A stretch of DNA of 64,000 nt from positions 29,167 to 93,166 of the forward strand of contig CAYOAT010000003.1 of assembly GCA_964402215.1 (NCBI GenBank). The letters are read 5' to 3'. Below, piece by piece: positions 10,016 to 17,984 of this stretch (position 1 is its first letter; every line of letters starts with the position of its first letter). Source of the DNA: an uncultured Candidatus Saccharibacteria bacterium (GTDB lineage: Bacteria; Patescibacteriota; Minisyncoccia; Phycocordibacterales; JAACPR01). The notes under the pieces were generated by a model that worked only from the letters and a program-made list of their open reading frames with translations, was not told the DNA's origin and ran no database searches. The translations under genes were made by a program, and so were the position numbers.

Positions 10016-10641
10016 TATTTTTTATGAAAAAATATATGTCATTATTAGTTGTTTTATTTATTTCTTTTTTTATAAATAATAATGCTGTTTTTGCATATGA
10101 ACCGTACGGGTTTAGTTCGTATGGAGCTACTGCATCTAATGCAATTTTGAGTATCACCTCTGTGAAAGAACTAAATGAAATTTCGAAGGTGGTTAAGGCA
10201 CAGATTAAAAATTTAAAAAGTGGTAGTCTCAGAGAAAATCTTTATATTCCAGAAATCACTCTTTCATTACCAGGTGGAACCGATTTTGGTTCAGCAGGGA
10301 TGGTCATGGATCAGCAATTAAAAGTTGTTGTCAAAAATGATAATCAGTTTGGTCAAGTTTTGGGTAGGAAAGATGTTGATTATGCTGTCTATTTGTATGA
10401 AACAACTAAAAATAAAAATAAAAAATTATTTGAAGCGGCTACCGGAACTGTTAATATTTTTGAAGGATATGGTGAGTTTTTCGTCAATATAGAAGGTGGT
10501 CAGCCCTTTGATGGGAAAAATATGGAGAAAACCTACCGAGCCATGGTTGTGATTGACTCATCAAAAGTTATTAAAGAATCAGATGAAAAAGATAACAGTG
10601 TCTGGTCTGATGAATGGCATATTACTTACTATAAAGGTTAA
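10003..10641 (+). CDS. Secreted protein with a CARDB-like C-terminal motif (likely start ATG at 10024)
   Basis: MKKY signal peptide ending VFA; VVIDSSKVIKESDEKDN. Confidence 0.7.
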   Translation: MCDIIFFMKKYMSLLVVLFISFFINNNAVFAYEPYGFSSYGATASNAILSITSVKELNEISKVVKAQIKNLKSGSLRENLYIPEITLSLPGGTDFGSAGMVMDQQLKVVVKNDNQFGQVLGRKDVDYAVYLYETTKNKNKKLFEAATGTVNIFEGYGEFFVNIEGGQPFDGKNMEKTYRAMVVIDSSKVIKESDEKDNSVWSDEWHITYYKG

Positions 10642-10666
10642 TAAAATGTTGTTTACTATCTAAGTT

Positions 10667-10812
10667 GTGTGCATTGTGCGAAACACTTAGAACCAAATAG
10701 AAATATGGGTTTTACAGACATATGATTTATTAGTTAAACTAGAAAATAGGGAATTGCACATTCTGAAGTACCAAGATTAGATATCACATAGTGGTAATTA
10801 AATTGTTATAAT
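10667..10812 (+). repeat. Cassette-boundary repeat R2
   Basis: GTGTGCATTGTGCGAAACACTTAGAACCAAATAGAAATATGGG...TAGATATCACATAGTGGTAATTAAATTGTTATAAT. Confidence 0.85.
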
Positions 10813-10820
10813 GTATTAAT

Positions 10821-11132
10821 ATGAAATTATTAGTATACAGTCTTTTTTCATTGTTAATCTCGGTGGGTGTCGGATTTTCTTACCCAAATTATACCCAGAG
10901 CCAGAATCTAACAAGAATGTTTATTGTTTTGATGCTAATTATCATCTCAATATTATTTTCATATAGAAGCTTAAAAAATGCCAGATTAAATTTGGTGAAA
11001 AATAATCGAGCAACTTCCATAAATCATATTGTAGCTACGTCAGTTCTTTCCATATCAATAATGTATTTTTTACTTTCAATTCTAAGTATCGTTATAATAT
11101 TAATTTCTGGAGGAGATCTCCGCCAGTTTTAA
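10821..11132 (+). CDS. Small membrane protein (cassette cargo)
   Basis: 3 hydrophobic segments; starts 8 bp after the TATAAT of R2. Confidence 0.7.
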   Translation: MKLLVYSLFSLLISVGVGFSYPNYTQSQNLTRMFIVLMLIIISILFSYRSLKNARLNLVKNNRATSINHIVATSVLSISIMYFLLSILSIVIILISGGDLRQF

Positions 11133-11175
11133 TTATTTAAAAACTTACCAAATTTATCATTACAATTTTGATTTG

Positions 11176-11451
11176 TTATTTTACTCTTAATTTTATATAC
11201 CAGATAAAAACCCCTATTAAACCGATGACGTTAGTAATTTTCCAAGCAAACAACCACCATGGACCAGGAATAAAACCGTTAGTAATGATCTCTATAAAAT
11301 CTGATATGCCAAAAAATATCAAAACAATTGCTGAAAATATTGCCAATTTTTTATAGATTGTAGGAACAAGCCCATGAAGAATAATAGAGCTCAAACCTAA
11401 AAAAATCCAAAATATTCCTTCTAATAAATTAAATTGAATATAATCGTTCAT
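11176..11451 (-). CDS. Small membrane protein
   Basis: 3 TM segments, FGISDFIE and PWWLFAWK. Confidence 0.7.
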   Translation of the reverse strand: MNDYIQFNLLEGIFWIFLGLSSIILHGLVPTIYKKLAIFSAIVLIFFGISDFIEIITNGFIPGPWWLFAWKITNVIGLIGVFIWYIKLRVK

Positions 11452-11473
11452 ATTTTATTTATTATATCAAAAG

Positions 11474-11507
11474 TAGATATCACATAGTGGTAATTAAATG
11501 ATATTAT
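11474..11507 (+). repeat. Orphan 3' part of the cassette repeat
   Basis: TAGATATCACATAGTGGTAATTAAAT matches the R2 tail exactly. Confidence 0.75.
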
Positions 11508-11620
11508 TTAAATATATAGAATAAAGCTAATTAAAACCGATTAAAAACTTATTCAAAAAATATAATAAACTTTCAAAAAAATATAAAGTTTTTGCTATTT
11601 TTCTAATTTCGGTACTCGCT

Positions 11621-12352
11621 TTGATTATTTTGTCTAAAATACTTGTTTTCAGTATTTTTATAGGGGAACGACTGCCCGAGGTAACAAGCACTAATACTTC
11701 AGAGTTCTTATTTTATTCAGTTACTCAGGTTATTGACGGGGATGTGATTGAAATAAGAATCAATGGAAAAGAGCATGTATTTCGTCTCATTGGACTAGAT
11801 ACTCCAGAAAGTGTAGACCCCATAAGAGAAGTTCAATGTTTTGGAAAAGAGGCTTCAAATAAAGCAAAGGAACTTCTGTTTAATAAAAAGGTTCGCATAG
11901 AAACAGATATGAGCCAAGGAGCTACAGATAAGTACGGTCGTATGCTTGCATATGTATATCGTGAAGATGGTCTTTTCTTTAATAAATATATGATTGAACA
12001 AGGATATGCCCGAGAATATACTTATGAAACAGTATATAAGTATCAATCTGAGTTCAAGGCAGCCCAAAAGAACGCGGAAATCTCCCAATTAGGACTTTGG
12101 TCTCCAGGTACCTGTAATGGAAATACTGCAGGTGCAAGCATCCAAACATTAGCTCAAACATATCCCTCTACGACCACCCAATCCTCAGGAAGTATTTATT
12201 ATACTTCAGCTCGTTACAACGCTAAATATTATTACCCAGAAGTCTGTGAGGAGTGGAAAGAATTAAGCCCGACCTTTTTGAAGTCATCTAATAATTTAGA
12301 AGAACTTTTATTTGTATATCCAGCAAGAACCAAGAGTCCTCTGTGTCCATAG
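11621..12352 (+). CDS. Thermonuclease (staphylococcal nuclease-like) family protein, membrane-anchored
   Basis: VIDGD, RLIGLDTPE, DKYGRMLAYV, GLWS motifs. Confidence 0.9.
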   Translation: MIILSKILVFSIFIGERLPEVTSTNTSEFLFYSVTQVIDGDVIEIRINGKEHVFRLIGLDTPESVDPIREVQCFGKEASNKAKELLFNKKVRIETDMSQGATDKYGRMLAYVYREDGLFFNKYMIEQGYAREYTYETVYKYQSEFKAAQKNAEISQLGLWSPGTCNGNTAGASIQTLAQTYPSTTTQSSGSIYYTSARYNAKYYYPEVCEEWKELSPTFLKSSNNLEELLFVYPARTKSPLCP

Positions 12353-12468
12353 AGTTTAAGGTTATAAAATTTCAACATTAATCTTAAGTAATAAGTGCCT
12401 TGTCAGAATGATATTTTCTGATTTATTAGTTTACTTAATTTCACCACTGGCGGTGTTTAAAATATTCA

Positions 12469-12613
12469 ATGGACATCGTAAAAAATACTTGGAACCAAAT
12501 AGAAATATGGGTATTTAAAATGCATGAAAAACTGTTTAAGCTAGAAAAGAGGGAATTACCCACTCTTGGATATAAATAATTAACATCACATCTAATTAGT
12601 TAAATGTTATTAT
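12469..12613 (+). repeat. Cassette-boundary repeat R3
   Basis: ATGGACATCGTAAAAAATACTTGGAACCAAATAGAAATATGGG...CATCACATCTAATTAGTTAAATGTTATTAT. Confidence 0.9.
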
Positions 12614-12619
12614 TTAATT

Positions 12620-13384
12620 ATGAATATTAAAAAAAATATATTAACAATATCGTCACTTGTTATTTTAATAGTAGCAGCACTATTTATTTTTTTACAGAAA
12701 GATAAATTTGTTGAGAGTGATTTGGGACTTAAGGATGAAGATATAAAAGAAGTATCAGGTGATGGATTTAAAAATTGGATAGAAAATGAAGTTGTAAATA
12801 AAGAGCTTTGTTCACTCGAAGGTTCAGATAAAATTGTTTCTGTAACAACTTTGGAGGTCGGCAACTTTGGTGCTAAAAAAGTTTCTATCAATATAACAAA
12901 CTCAGAAGGAAGTTCTCTAAAGTCATTTGATTATGATGGTTCTGTTTGTCCTAGGGTTATAAAAAATAATAAAATATATTTTGAAAAACATGTGTATGAA
13001 TCCGAAGGTCAAATTTTACTGTTGGATATGAATAAACAAAATGGTTTTTTAAATCTAAATATTGGAAGTTTTGGTAGGGTAACGGATGATAAAAATTATT
13101 ATATTTATGTTGCAGATACGAAGGATGAAGATGGCGTAAAGGTGTGTGATAGTATTGAAAATTCATTTAAATATCCAAGGTCTGCTATTTGGGCAATGAA
13201 TTTAGATACTTTAGAAAAGAGAGTATTAATTGAGAGAAAAGATAAATATCTTGCATTAATAGATATATCTGGAAATGATATAAAATATTATGTATATGGA
13301 GTTGGCACAGATGAAGATGAATATGGTTGTCCATCAATAAATCAAGAAGAGAAATTATCTTTAAAATTCAGTAGCATATTTTAA
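12620..13384 (+). CDS. Membrane-anchored or secreted beta-rich protein (cassette cargo)
   Basis: N-terminal TM; stop lies 3 bp before R4. Confidence 0.75.
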   Translation: MNIKKNILTISSLVILIVAALFIFLQKDKFVESDLGLKDEDIKEVSGDGFKNWIENEVVNKELCSLEGSDKIVSVTTLEVGNFGAKKVSINITNSEGSSLKSFDYDGSVCPRVIKNNKIYFEKHVYESEGQILLLDMNKQNGFLNLNIGSFGRVTDDKNYYIYVADTKDEDGVKVCDSIENSFKYPRSAIWAMNLDTLEKRVLIERKDKYLALIDISGNDIKYYVYGVGTDEDEYGCPSINQEEKLSLKFSSIF

Positions 13385-13387
13385 TTT

Positions 13388-13527
13388 GTGGACATCGTAC
13401 AAAATACTTGGAACCAAATAGAAATATGGGTTTTTTGAGCCGTATGATTTGCTAGTTAATCCAAAGAAGAGGGGATTATGATCCCTTGAGCATCAAAACT
13501 AGATGTCACATTACGGGAATTGAATAT
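13388..13527 (+). repeat. Cassette-boundary repeat R4
   Basis: GTGGACATCGTACAAAATACTTGGAACCAAATAGAAATATGGG...TAGATGTCACAT; one extra T in a T-run. Confidence 0.9.
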
Positions 13528-13629
13528 TGGTGAGGTACGAGGTGGCATTAGATAATTATTTATACAAAAGAAGAACCCCACCAAGTGCGGACCAGATAGG
13601 ATTCGACTTGATGGGGTTGGTTTACCTCA

Positions 13630-13998
13630 CTATTCACTTTTTTTTATTTTTACCGGTATGCATAACCCACTTTTTCTACCGGACTTGTATCTAACTTCAA
13701 TTTTATCGTTTGTGACGACGCTATCGAAAAGCTCCTTTTCGACACTGGATGAAATTTCTTCACCCTTTATATCGAAGCGAAGTTGATAGGACTCGGGCTT
13801 ATCCTTGCTGACCATTACTCTCCCGAATGGGACCATTGTGCTGGAAGCAGGGATTATCAGCTTTGTTTCGATTGTTGTAACCGTCGTCTTGATTGGTGCG
13901 ACACACACATCAATCAATATGATGGCCATAAACATTAAAAGTCCGACCATGGCGAGTACAATCAACAGCAAAATGAACGCACAGAATTCTTTGAACAC
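13630..13998 (-). CDS. Membrane-anchored protein, possible OB-like small domain
   Basis: N-terminal TM, AAGGAG RBS, promoter TTGACA-16-TATAAT at 14045-14072. Confidence 0.65.
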   Translation of the reverse strand: MFKEFCAFILLLIVLAMVGLLMFMAIILIDVCVAPIKTTVTTIETKLIIPASSTMVPFGRVMVSKDKPESYQLRFDIKGEEISSSVEKELFDSVVTNDKIEVRYKSGRKSGLCIPVKIKKSE

Positions 13999-14149
13999 AG
14001 TAAACTCCTTTTTAAATTAAATGTACTACTCAAATTCAAATAATATTATAACAAATATATATAAAATGTCAAATATATTTAAACAATTAAAAAGACCCCA
14101 CAGGCGTGAGGTCTCGAGATTCCATTTCAATCTCGAAAGTGTGGCGGTC

Positions 14150-14467
14150 CTATACCTTGACTAGAACCACCTGCAGGCCGTAATTGACCGCCGGTTCATG
14201 ACCAAAGTTTGTCGACCCATCATTCCGAACGTATGCAACGGTGAGGACTTTCCATCCATTCGTAACCATACGTTCAATGAGCTTGCTGGGGTTGATGTAT
14301 TTCGTGACAGAATCATCACCCTGGTGGTCAGGGTCGACAACGACCGAACCATCCATTTGAACCATGTGGCAGTTTCTGACGTCGGCGGCTTTTATGGCGG
14401 CCTTTTCAACTAGACCAACGACATGTCCCATTTCTTCGATTTCCAGGATTCCATTCTTTGCACTCAT
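14150..14467 (-). CDS. Hypothetical protein (likely start ATG at 14467)
   Basis: GAAAGGA RBS; promoter TTGACA-16-TATAAT at 14531-14558. Confidence 0.6.
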   Translation of the reverse strand: MSAKNGILEIEEMGHVVGLVEKAAIKAADVRNCHMVQMDGSVVVDPDHQGDDSVTKYINPSKLIERMVTNGWKVLTVAYVRNDGSTNFGHEPAVNYGLQVVLVKV

Positions 14468-14562
14468 CTTTTTTCCTTTCGGCCTATGACCGTGTGTATA
14501 TATGTAAACCCACAATGAGCCTACATAAGTATTATATCAGATATACAGAAAATGTCAAACTG

Positions 14563-14707
14563 GTGGACATCGTACGAAATACTTGGAACCAAACAGAAAT
14601 ATGGGTATTTAAGACTTATGAAAAACTGTTTAAGCTAGAAAAGAGGGAATTACACTCTCTTGTTCATCAGAAATAGACATCACATCTTGTTAGTTAAATG
14701 ATATAAT
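14563..14707 (+). repeat. Cassette-boundary repeat R5 (37-codon frame intact)
   Basis: VDIVRNTWNQTEIWVFKTYEKLFKLEKRELHSLVHQK* then ACATCACATCTTGTTAGTTAAATGATATAAT. Confidence 0.9.
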
Positions 14708-14713
14708 TTTAAT

Positions 14714-16342
14714 ATGAAAAACCGAAGACAAGGTTTCACTCTCCTTGAAATGCTTCTCGTTATAGCTATCATTGCGATTCTTGCTGCCATAGTAATCGTC
14801 GCAATTAATCCAGCTCGTCAATTAGCTCAAGCACGTAATGCCGAGAGAATTTCTGACCTAAATGCATTACATAAAGCTGTTCAACAATACTATATTGATA
14901 ATCGTGTCTGGCCACCACCAGATGACGATCTACCATCAGCACTAACCGATATCTGTAATACTGGTAATGGTGAAACAAACCCTTGTGTTCATCTAGAAGT
15001 CCTTGTCCCAGATTATTTACAATCTTTACCTCAAAACCCTGGTGGAGAGAACTATAAGATTGCATTCAATAGTAAAAAGTTTGCTTTTACTGCTCCTGGT
15101 TCAAAAGAACAAGGTTTGCCTGGTGTAGTCCTTGGAACATCTACTGATGCTGTCGATGATGAAGGTGGTGGAGGAGACACTGATCCAGAATGTAACGATG
15201 GAGAAGATAATGACGGCGATGGAGACATTGATTATCCGGATGATGCTGGATGCGATGATGCTGAGGATGATAGTGAAGCTGATGGCGTAGTACCGGTCGC
15301 CGGGGTTTGTGGGGCGGCTGATGGGCAGACACTTATTGAAGAACCAACTGAAGATTTATGTTCAGTTGGTGATACATCTGAGGTTCTTGGTGAAGGACCG
15401 TGGTTCTGGACTTGTGCTGGTCAAGACGGTGGAGAAGATGATGAGTGTCATGCAGACTATGATTTGCAACCAGTTTTAGTTGGGCAATATAATACTTCCG
15501 GTTGTTCACATGCTGTCCATATTTCCGGAAACTATGCATATGTTGCAGATGAAAGTTCTGGCTTACAAATAATAAACATTTCAGACCCAGCGAACCCAAT
15601 CTGGACTGGTTCATATGACACTCCTTATAATTCATACGGCGTCTATGTTTCGGGAAATTACGCATATGTTGCTGACGGAAGTTCAGGCTTACAAATAATA
15701 AACATTTCAAACCCAGCGAGCCCAGCCTTGACTGGTTCATATGATACACCTGGTGTGGCACGCGATGTCTATGTTTCTGGAAATTATGCATATGTTGCCG
15801 ATCAAAGTTCAGGCTTACAAATAATAAACATTTCAGACCCAGCGAACCCAACCTGGACTGGTTCATATGACACCCCCGGTAGTTCACACGATGTCTATGT
15901 CTTTGGAAATTACGCATATGTCGCCGATGCCATTTCAGGTTTACAAATAATAAACATTTCAGACCCAGCGAGCCCGGCCTGGACGGGTTCATATAATACT
16001 CCCAATAGTTCATATGGTGTCTATGTCTTTGGAAATTACGCATATGTAGCCGATGACAGTTCTGGCTTACAAATAATAAACATTTCAGACCCAGCGAACC
16101 CAACCTGGACTGGTTCATATGACACCCCCAGTAGTTCAAGCGATGTCTATGTTTCTGGAAACTATGCATATGTTGCTGATAACAGTTCTGGCTTACAAAT
16201 AATAAACATTTCTAACCCTTCGAGCCCAGCACAAGTTGGATCTTATTATGGTGGGGACGGTAATGCCTTCGGAGTTTATGTCTATGGAAATTATATATAT
16301 TCAGCTTTTTGTGCTTCCGGTTTGATTATTCACACCCCTTAA
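14714..16342 (+). CDS. Type IV pilin-like protein with an acidic linker and LVIVD-repeat beta-propeller
   Basis: QGFTLLEMLLVIAII prepilin motif; repeated VYVSGNYAYVADxxSGLQIINISDPANP. Confidence 0.9.
   Translation: MKNRRQGFTLLEMLLVIAIIAILAAIVIVAINPARQLAQARNAERISDLNALHKAVQQYYIDNRVWPPPDDDLPSALTDICNTGNGETNPCVHLEVLVPDYLQSLPQNPGGENYKIAFNSKKFAFTAPGSKEQGLPGVVLGTSTDAVDDEGGGGDTDPECNDGEDNDGDGDIDYPDDAGCDDAEDDSEADGVVPVAGVCGAADGQTLIEEPTEDLCSVGDTSEVLGEGPWFWTCAGQDGGEDDECHADYDLQPVLVGQYNTSGCSHAVHISGNYAYVADESSGLQIINISDPANPIWTGSYDTPYNSYGVYVSGNYAYVADGSSGLQIINISNPASPALTGSYDTPGVARDVYVSGNYAYVADQSSGLQIINISDPANPTWTGSYDTPGSSHDVYVFGNYAYVADAISGLQIINISDPASPAWTGSYNTPNSSYGVYVFGNYAYVADDSSGLQIINISDPANPTWTGSYDTPSSSSDVYVSGNYAYVADNSSGLQIINISNPSSPAQVGSYYGGDGNAFGVYVYGNYIYSAFCASGLIIHTP
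15476..16330 (+). repeat. Intragenic 126-bp tandem repeat (LVIVD), 6 full units plus 1 degenerate
   Basis: CAAATAATAAACATTTC recurs every 126 bp. Confidence 0.9.
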
Positions 16343-16399
16343 TCTGCTGGGTTTATTATTAAAAAAGTCAGATTAAAAATCTTGATGCAAAAATATTTT

Positions 16400-16529
16400 G
16401 TGGACATCGTACGAAATACTTGGAACCAAATAGAACATTGGGTATTTAAGACGTACGATAAGTTGTTTAATAAGGAAAAGAGGGGATTACACTCTCTTGT
16501 TCATCAGAAATAGACATCACATCTTGTTA
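16400..16529 (+). repeat. Cassette-boundary repeat R6 (frame intact)
   Basis: VDIVRNTWNQIEHWVFKTYDKLFNKEKRGLHSLVHQK*; tail overlaps the stop of the convergent gene. Confidence 0.9.
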
Positions 16530-17333
16530 TTTAAACAACCATTGTGCAATTAGATAAGTGAATAAACCTGCAAATATGGAGCACAAATTTAACACAGTTG
16601 ATAGAAAGAGACTTTTTCTTATACCTATCCTTAAAAATATTTTATAACCAATCGCTTCAACTATTATAATTATAATTTCACTGATTAGAATAATGTTTGT
16701 TAGATTTGCACCAGCAGTTGAAGTTAATAACCAAAAGGGAGTAAAAGTTATTAAGTTTAATATGACAAGTAAGATTGCTGCGTTTTTAAATTTGTTACCA
16801 GTTTTCTTGATTTGTTTTAAGAAAACTAGCAATGCAATTAATTCAATTACTATTGTTAATAATAATGGAAAAAGATATTGAATATAAGTTTCCGGAATTT
16901 TTGCAGTTCTTGTTTTCTCGATAATCAAGTTACCGTCCGATGATTTATTTAAAGAATATGTGACAGTTTGTTGCAGTAAGACATCATTATTTGATATCCA
17001 GACATCGTTTGGAGATATTTTGTCTGATAATAAGTGTAAATCTGAGGTATTATTTTGGCTACCCCACCAAATAGAATAACTACTGAATTTATAAACCGAC
17101 TTCAAACATTTATTAAACTCGATTGGTTCATAAGTATCTTTGTTGTTGAACCCCTTGAATCCAGGTGGTGAAACCCTATTGAATAAATAAATGTTCTCAT
17201 AATTATTAGAATTTTCTATGATGACGCATGTTTTCACTGGATGTGCGTTTGTTGGCGCTAAATCTGCATGTGCGATTCTTCCACTAAAAACAATAACAAT
17301 AAAAAATAATGTATAAACAATTTTTCTAATCAT
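16527..17333 (-). CDS. Signal peptide, extracellular domain and 4 C-terminal TM helices (cassette cargo)
   Basis: AHA-D cleavage site; LTIVIEL, ISEIIIIIVE segments. Confidence 0.75.
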   Translation of the reverse strand: MIRKIVYTLFFIVIVFSGRIAHADLAPTNAHPVKTCVIIENSNNYENIYLFNRVSPPGFKGFNNKDTYEPIEFNKCLKSVYKFSSYSIWWGSQNNTSDLHLLSDKISPNDVWISNNDVLLQQTVTYSLNKSSDGNLIIEKTRTAKIPETYIQYLFPLLLTIVIELIALLVFLKQIKKTGNKFKNAAILLVILNLITFTPFWLLTSTAGANLTNIILISEIIIIIVEAIGYKIFLRIGIRKSLFLSTVLNLCSIFAGLFTYLIAQWLFK

Positions 17334-17381
17334 GAATCGATTATATCAAATAGTAAATGTTAGATATATCAGAGATTTTTA

Positions 17382-17526
17382 GTGGACATCGTACGAAATA
17401 CTTGGAACTAAATAGAATGTTGGGTTTTTAAGACGTATGATTTGCTAGTTAACCCCAAAAGGAGAGGATTAAGCACTCCGAAGTATAAAGATTAGATATC
17501 ACATAGTGATAATTAAGTGGTATTAT
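17382..17526 (+). repeat. Cassette-boundary repeat R7
   Basis: GTGGACATCGTACGAAATACTTGGAACTAAATAGAATGTTGGG...TAGATATCACATAGTGATAATTAAGTGGTATTAT. Confidence 0.9.
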
Positions 17527-17537
17527 TTGTTATACAA

Positions 17538-17960
17538 ATGCAAAAAGATACAAGACAGATTGTGATTTTTAATGGATATTTAATACTAACAATAATTAAT
17601 TACTCCGCATTGTTATTTATCAATTTATTTGGTTTAACACAAAAAAGTTTTTATATATTTGAAAAATATTACCCCTATGTAAGTAATTTTTGGCTGTTAC
17701 TTACTGTGGTGGCACTTATATATTTTTTGAAGCAAAAAACCAATAGGATTATTTTATGGATTCCAATTTTATATTTTTTAAATAGCGTAGTTAATTTAAT
17801 ATTTACAATGGTGTTGGATTTAAAGAATGGCAGTGTGTTAGTAGACACAAGCTCTGCGTTAGTGAGAGCATATTTAAATTATGGTCGCATTTTCTTAATC
17901 TATATATTACTATTTTCAGTAGTTTTATTTTTAAAACAATTTTTTGCAAAATCTAAATAA
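17538..17960 (+). CDS. 4-TM membrane protein (tmRNA-proximal cassette)
   Basis: Hydrophobic ORF; ATG at 17538 follows the R7 tail. Confidence 0.7.
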   Translation: MQKDTRQIVIFNGYLILTIINYSALLFINLFGLTQKSFYIFEKYYPYVSNFWLLLTVVALIYFLKQKTNRIILWIPILYFLNSVVNLIFTMVLDLKNGSVLVDTSSALVRAYLNYGRIFLIYILLFSVVLFLKQFFAKSK

Positions 17961-17984
17961 AAGTTTATTTTTATTGTTTTCTTT

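Noticed and set aside
14458-14562. 72-aa ORF 14458..14676 as a full gene
   Set aside because: Its 5' half is the antisense promoter region of 14150..14467; only the repeat-encoded part is conserved.
15333-16169. 278-aa repetitive minus-strand ORF
   Set aside because: Antisense shadow of the LVIVD repeats.
15476-16330. LVIVD or pilin variation as a diversity-generating retroelement
   Set aside because: No reverse transcriptase or separate template repeat is visible; these are ordinary tandem intragenic units.
9952-17526. Repeat array as CRISPR
   Set aside because: Repeats are about 140 bp with gene-sized, unequal spacers, and no cas genes are visible.
9952-17526. Repeat as a classical integron attC
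   Set aside because: I see no RYYYAAC...GTTRRRY ends or full-length palindrome, and no intI in the window.
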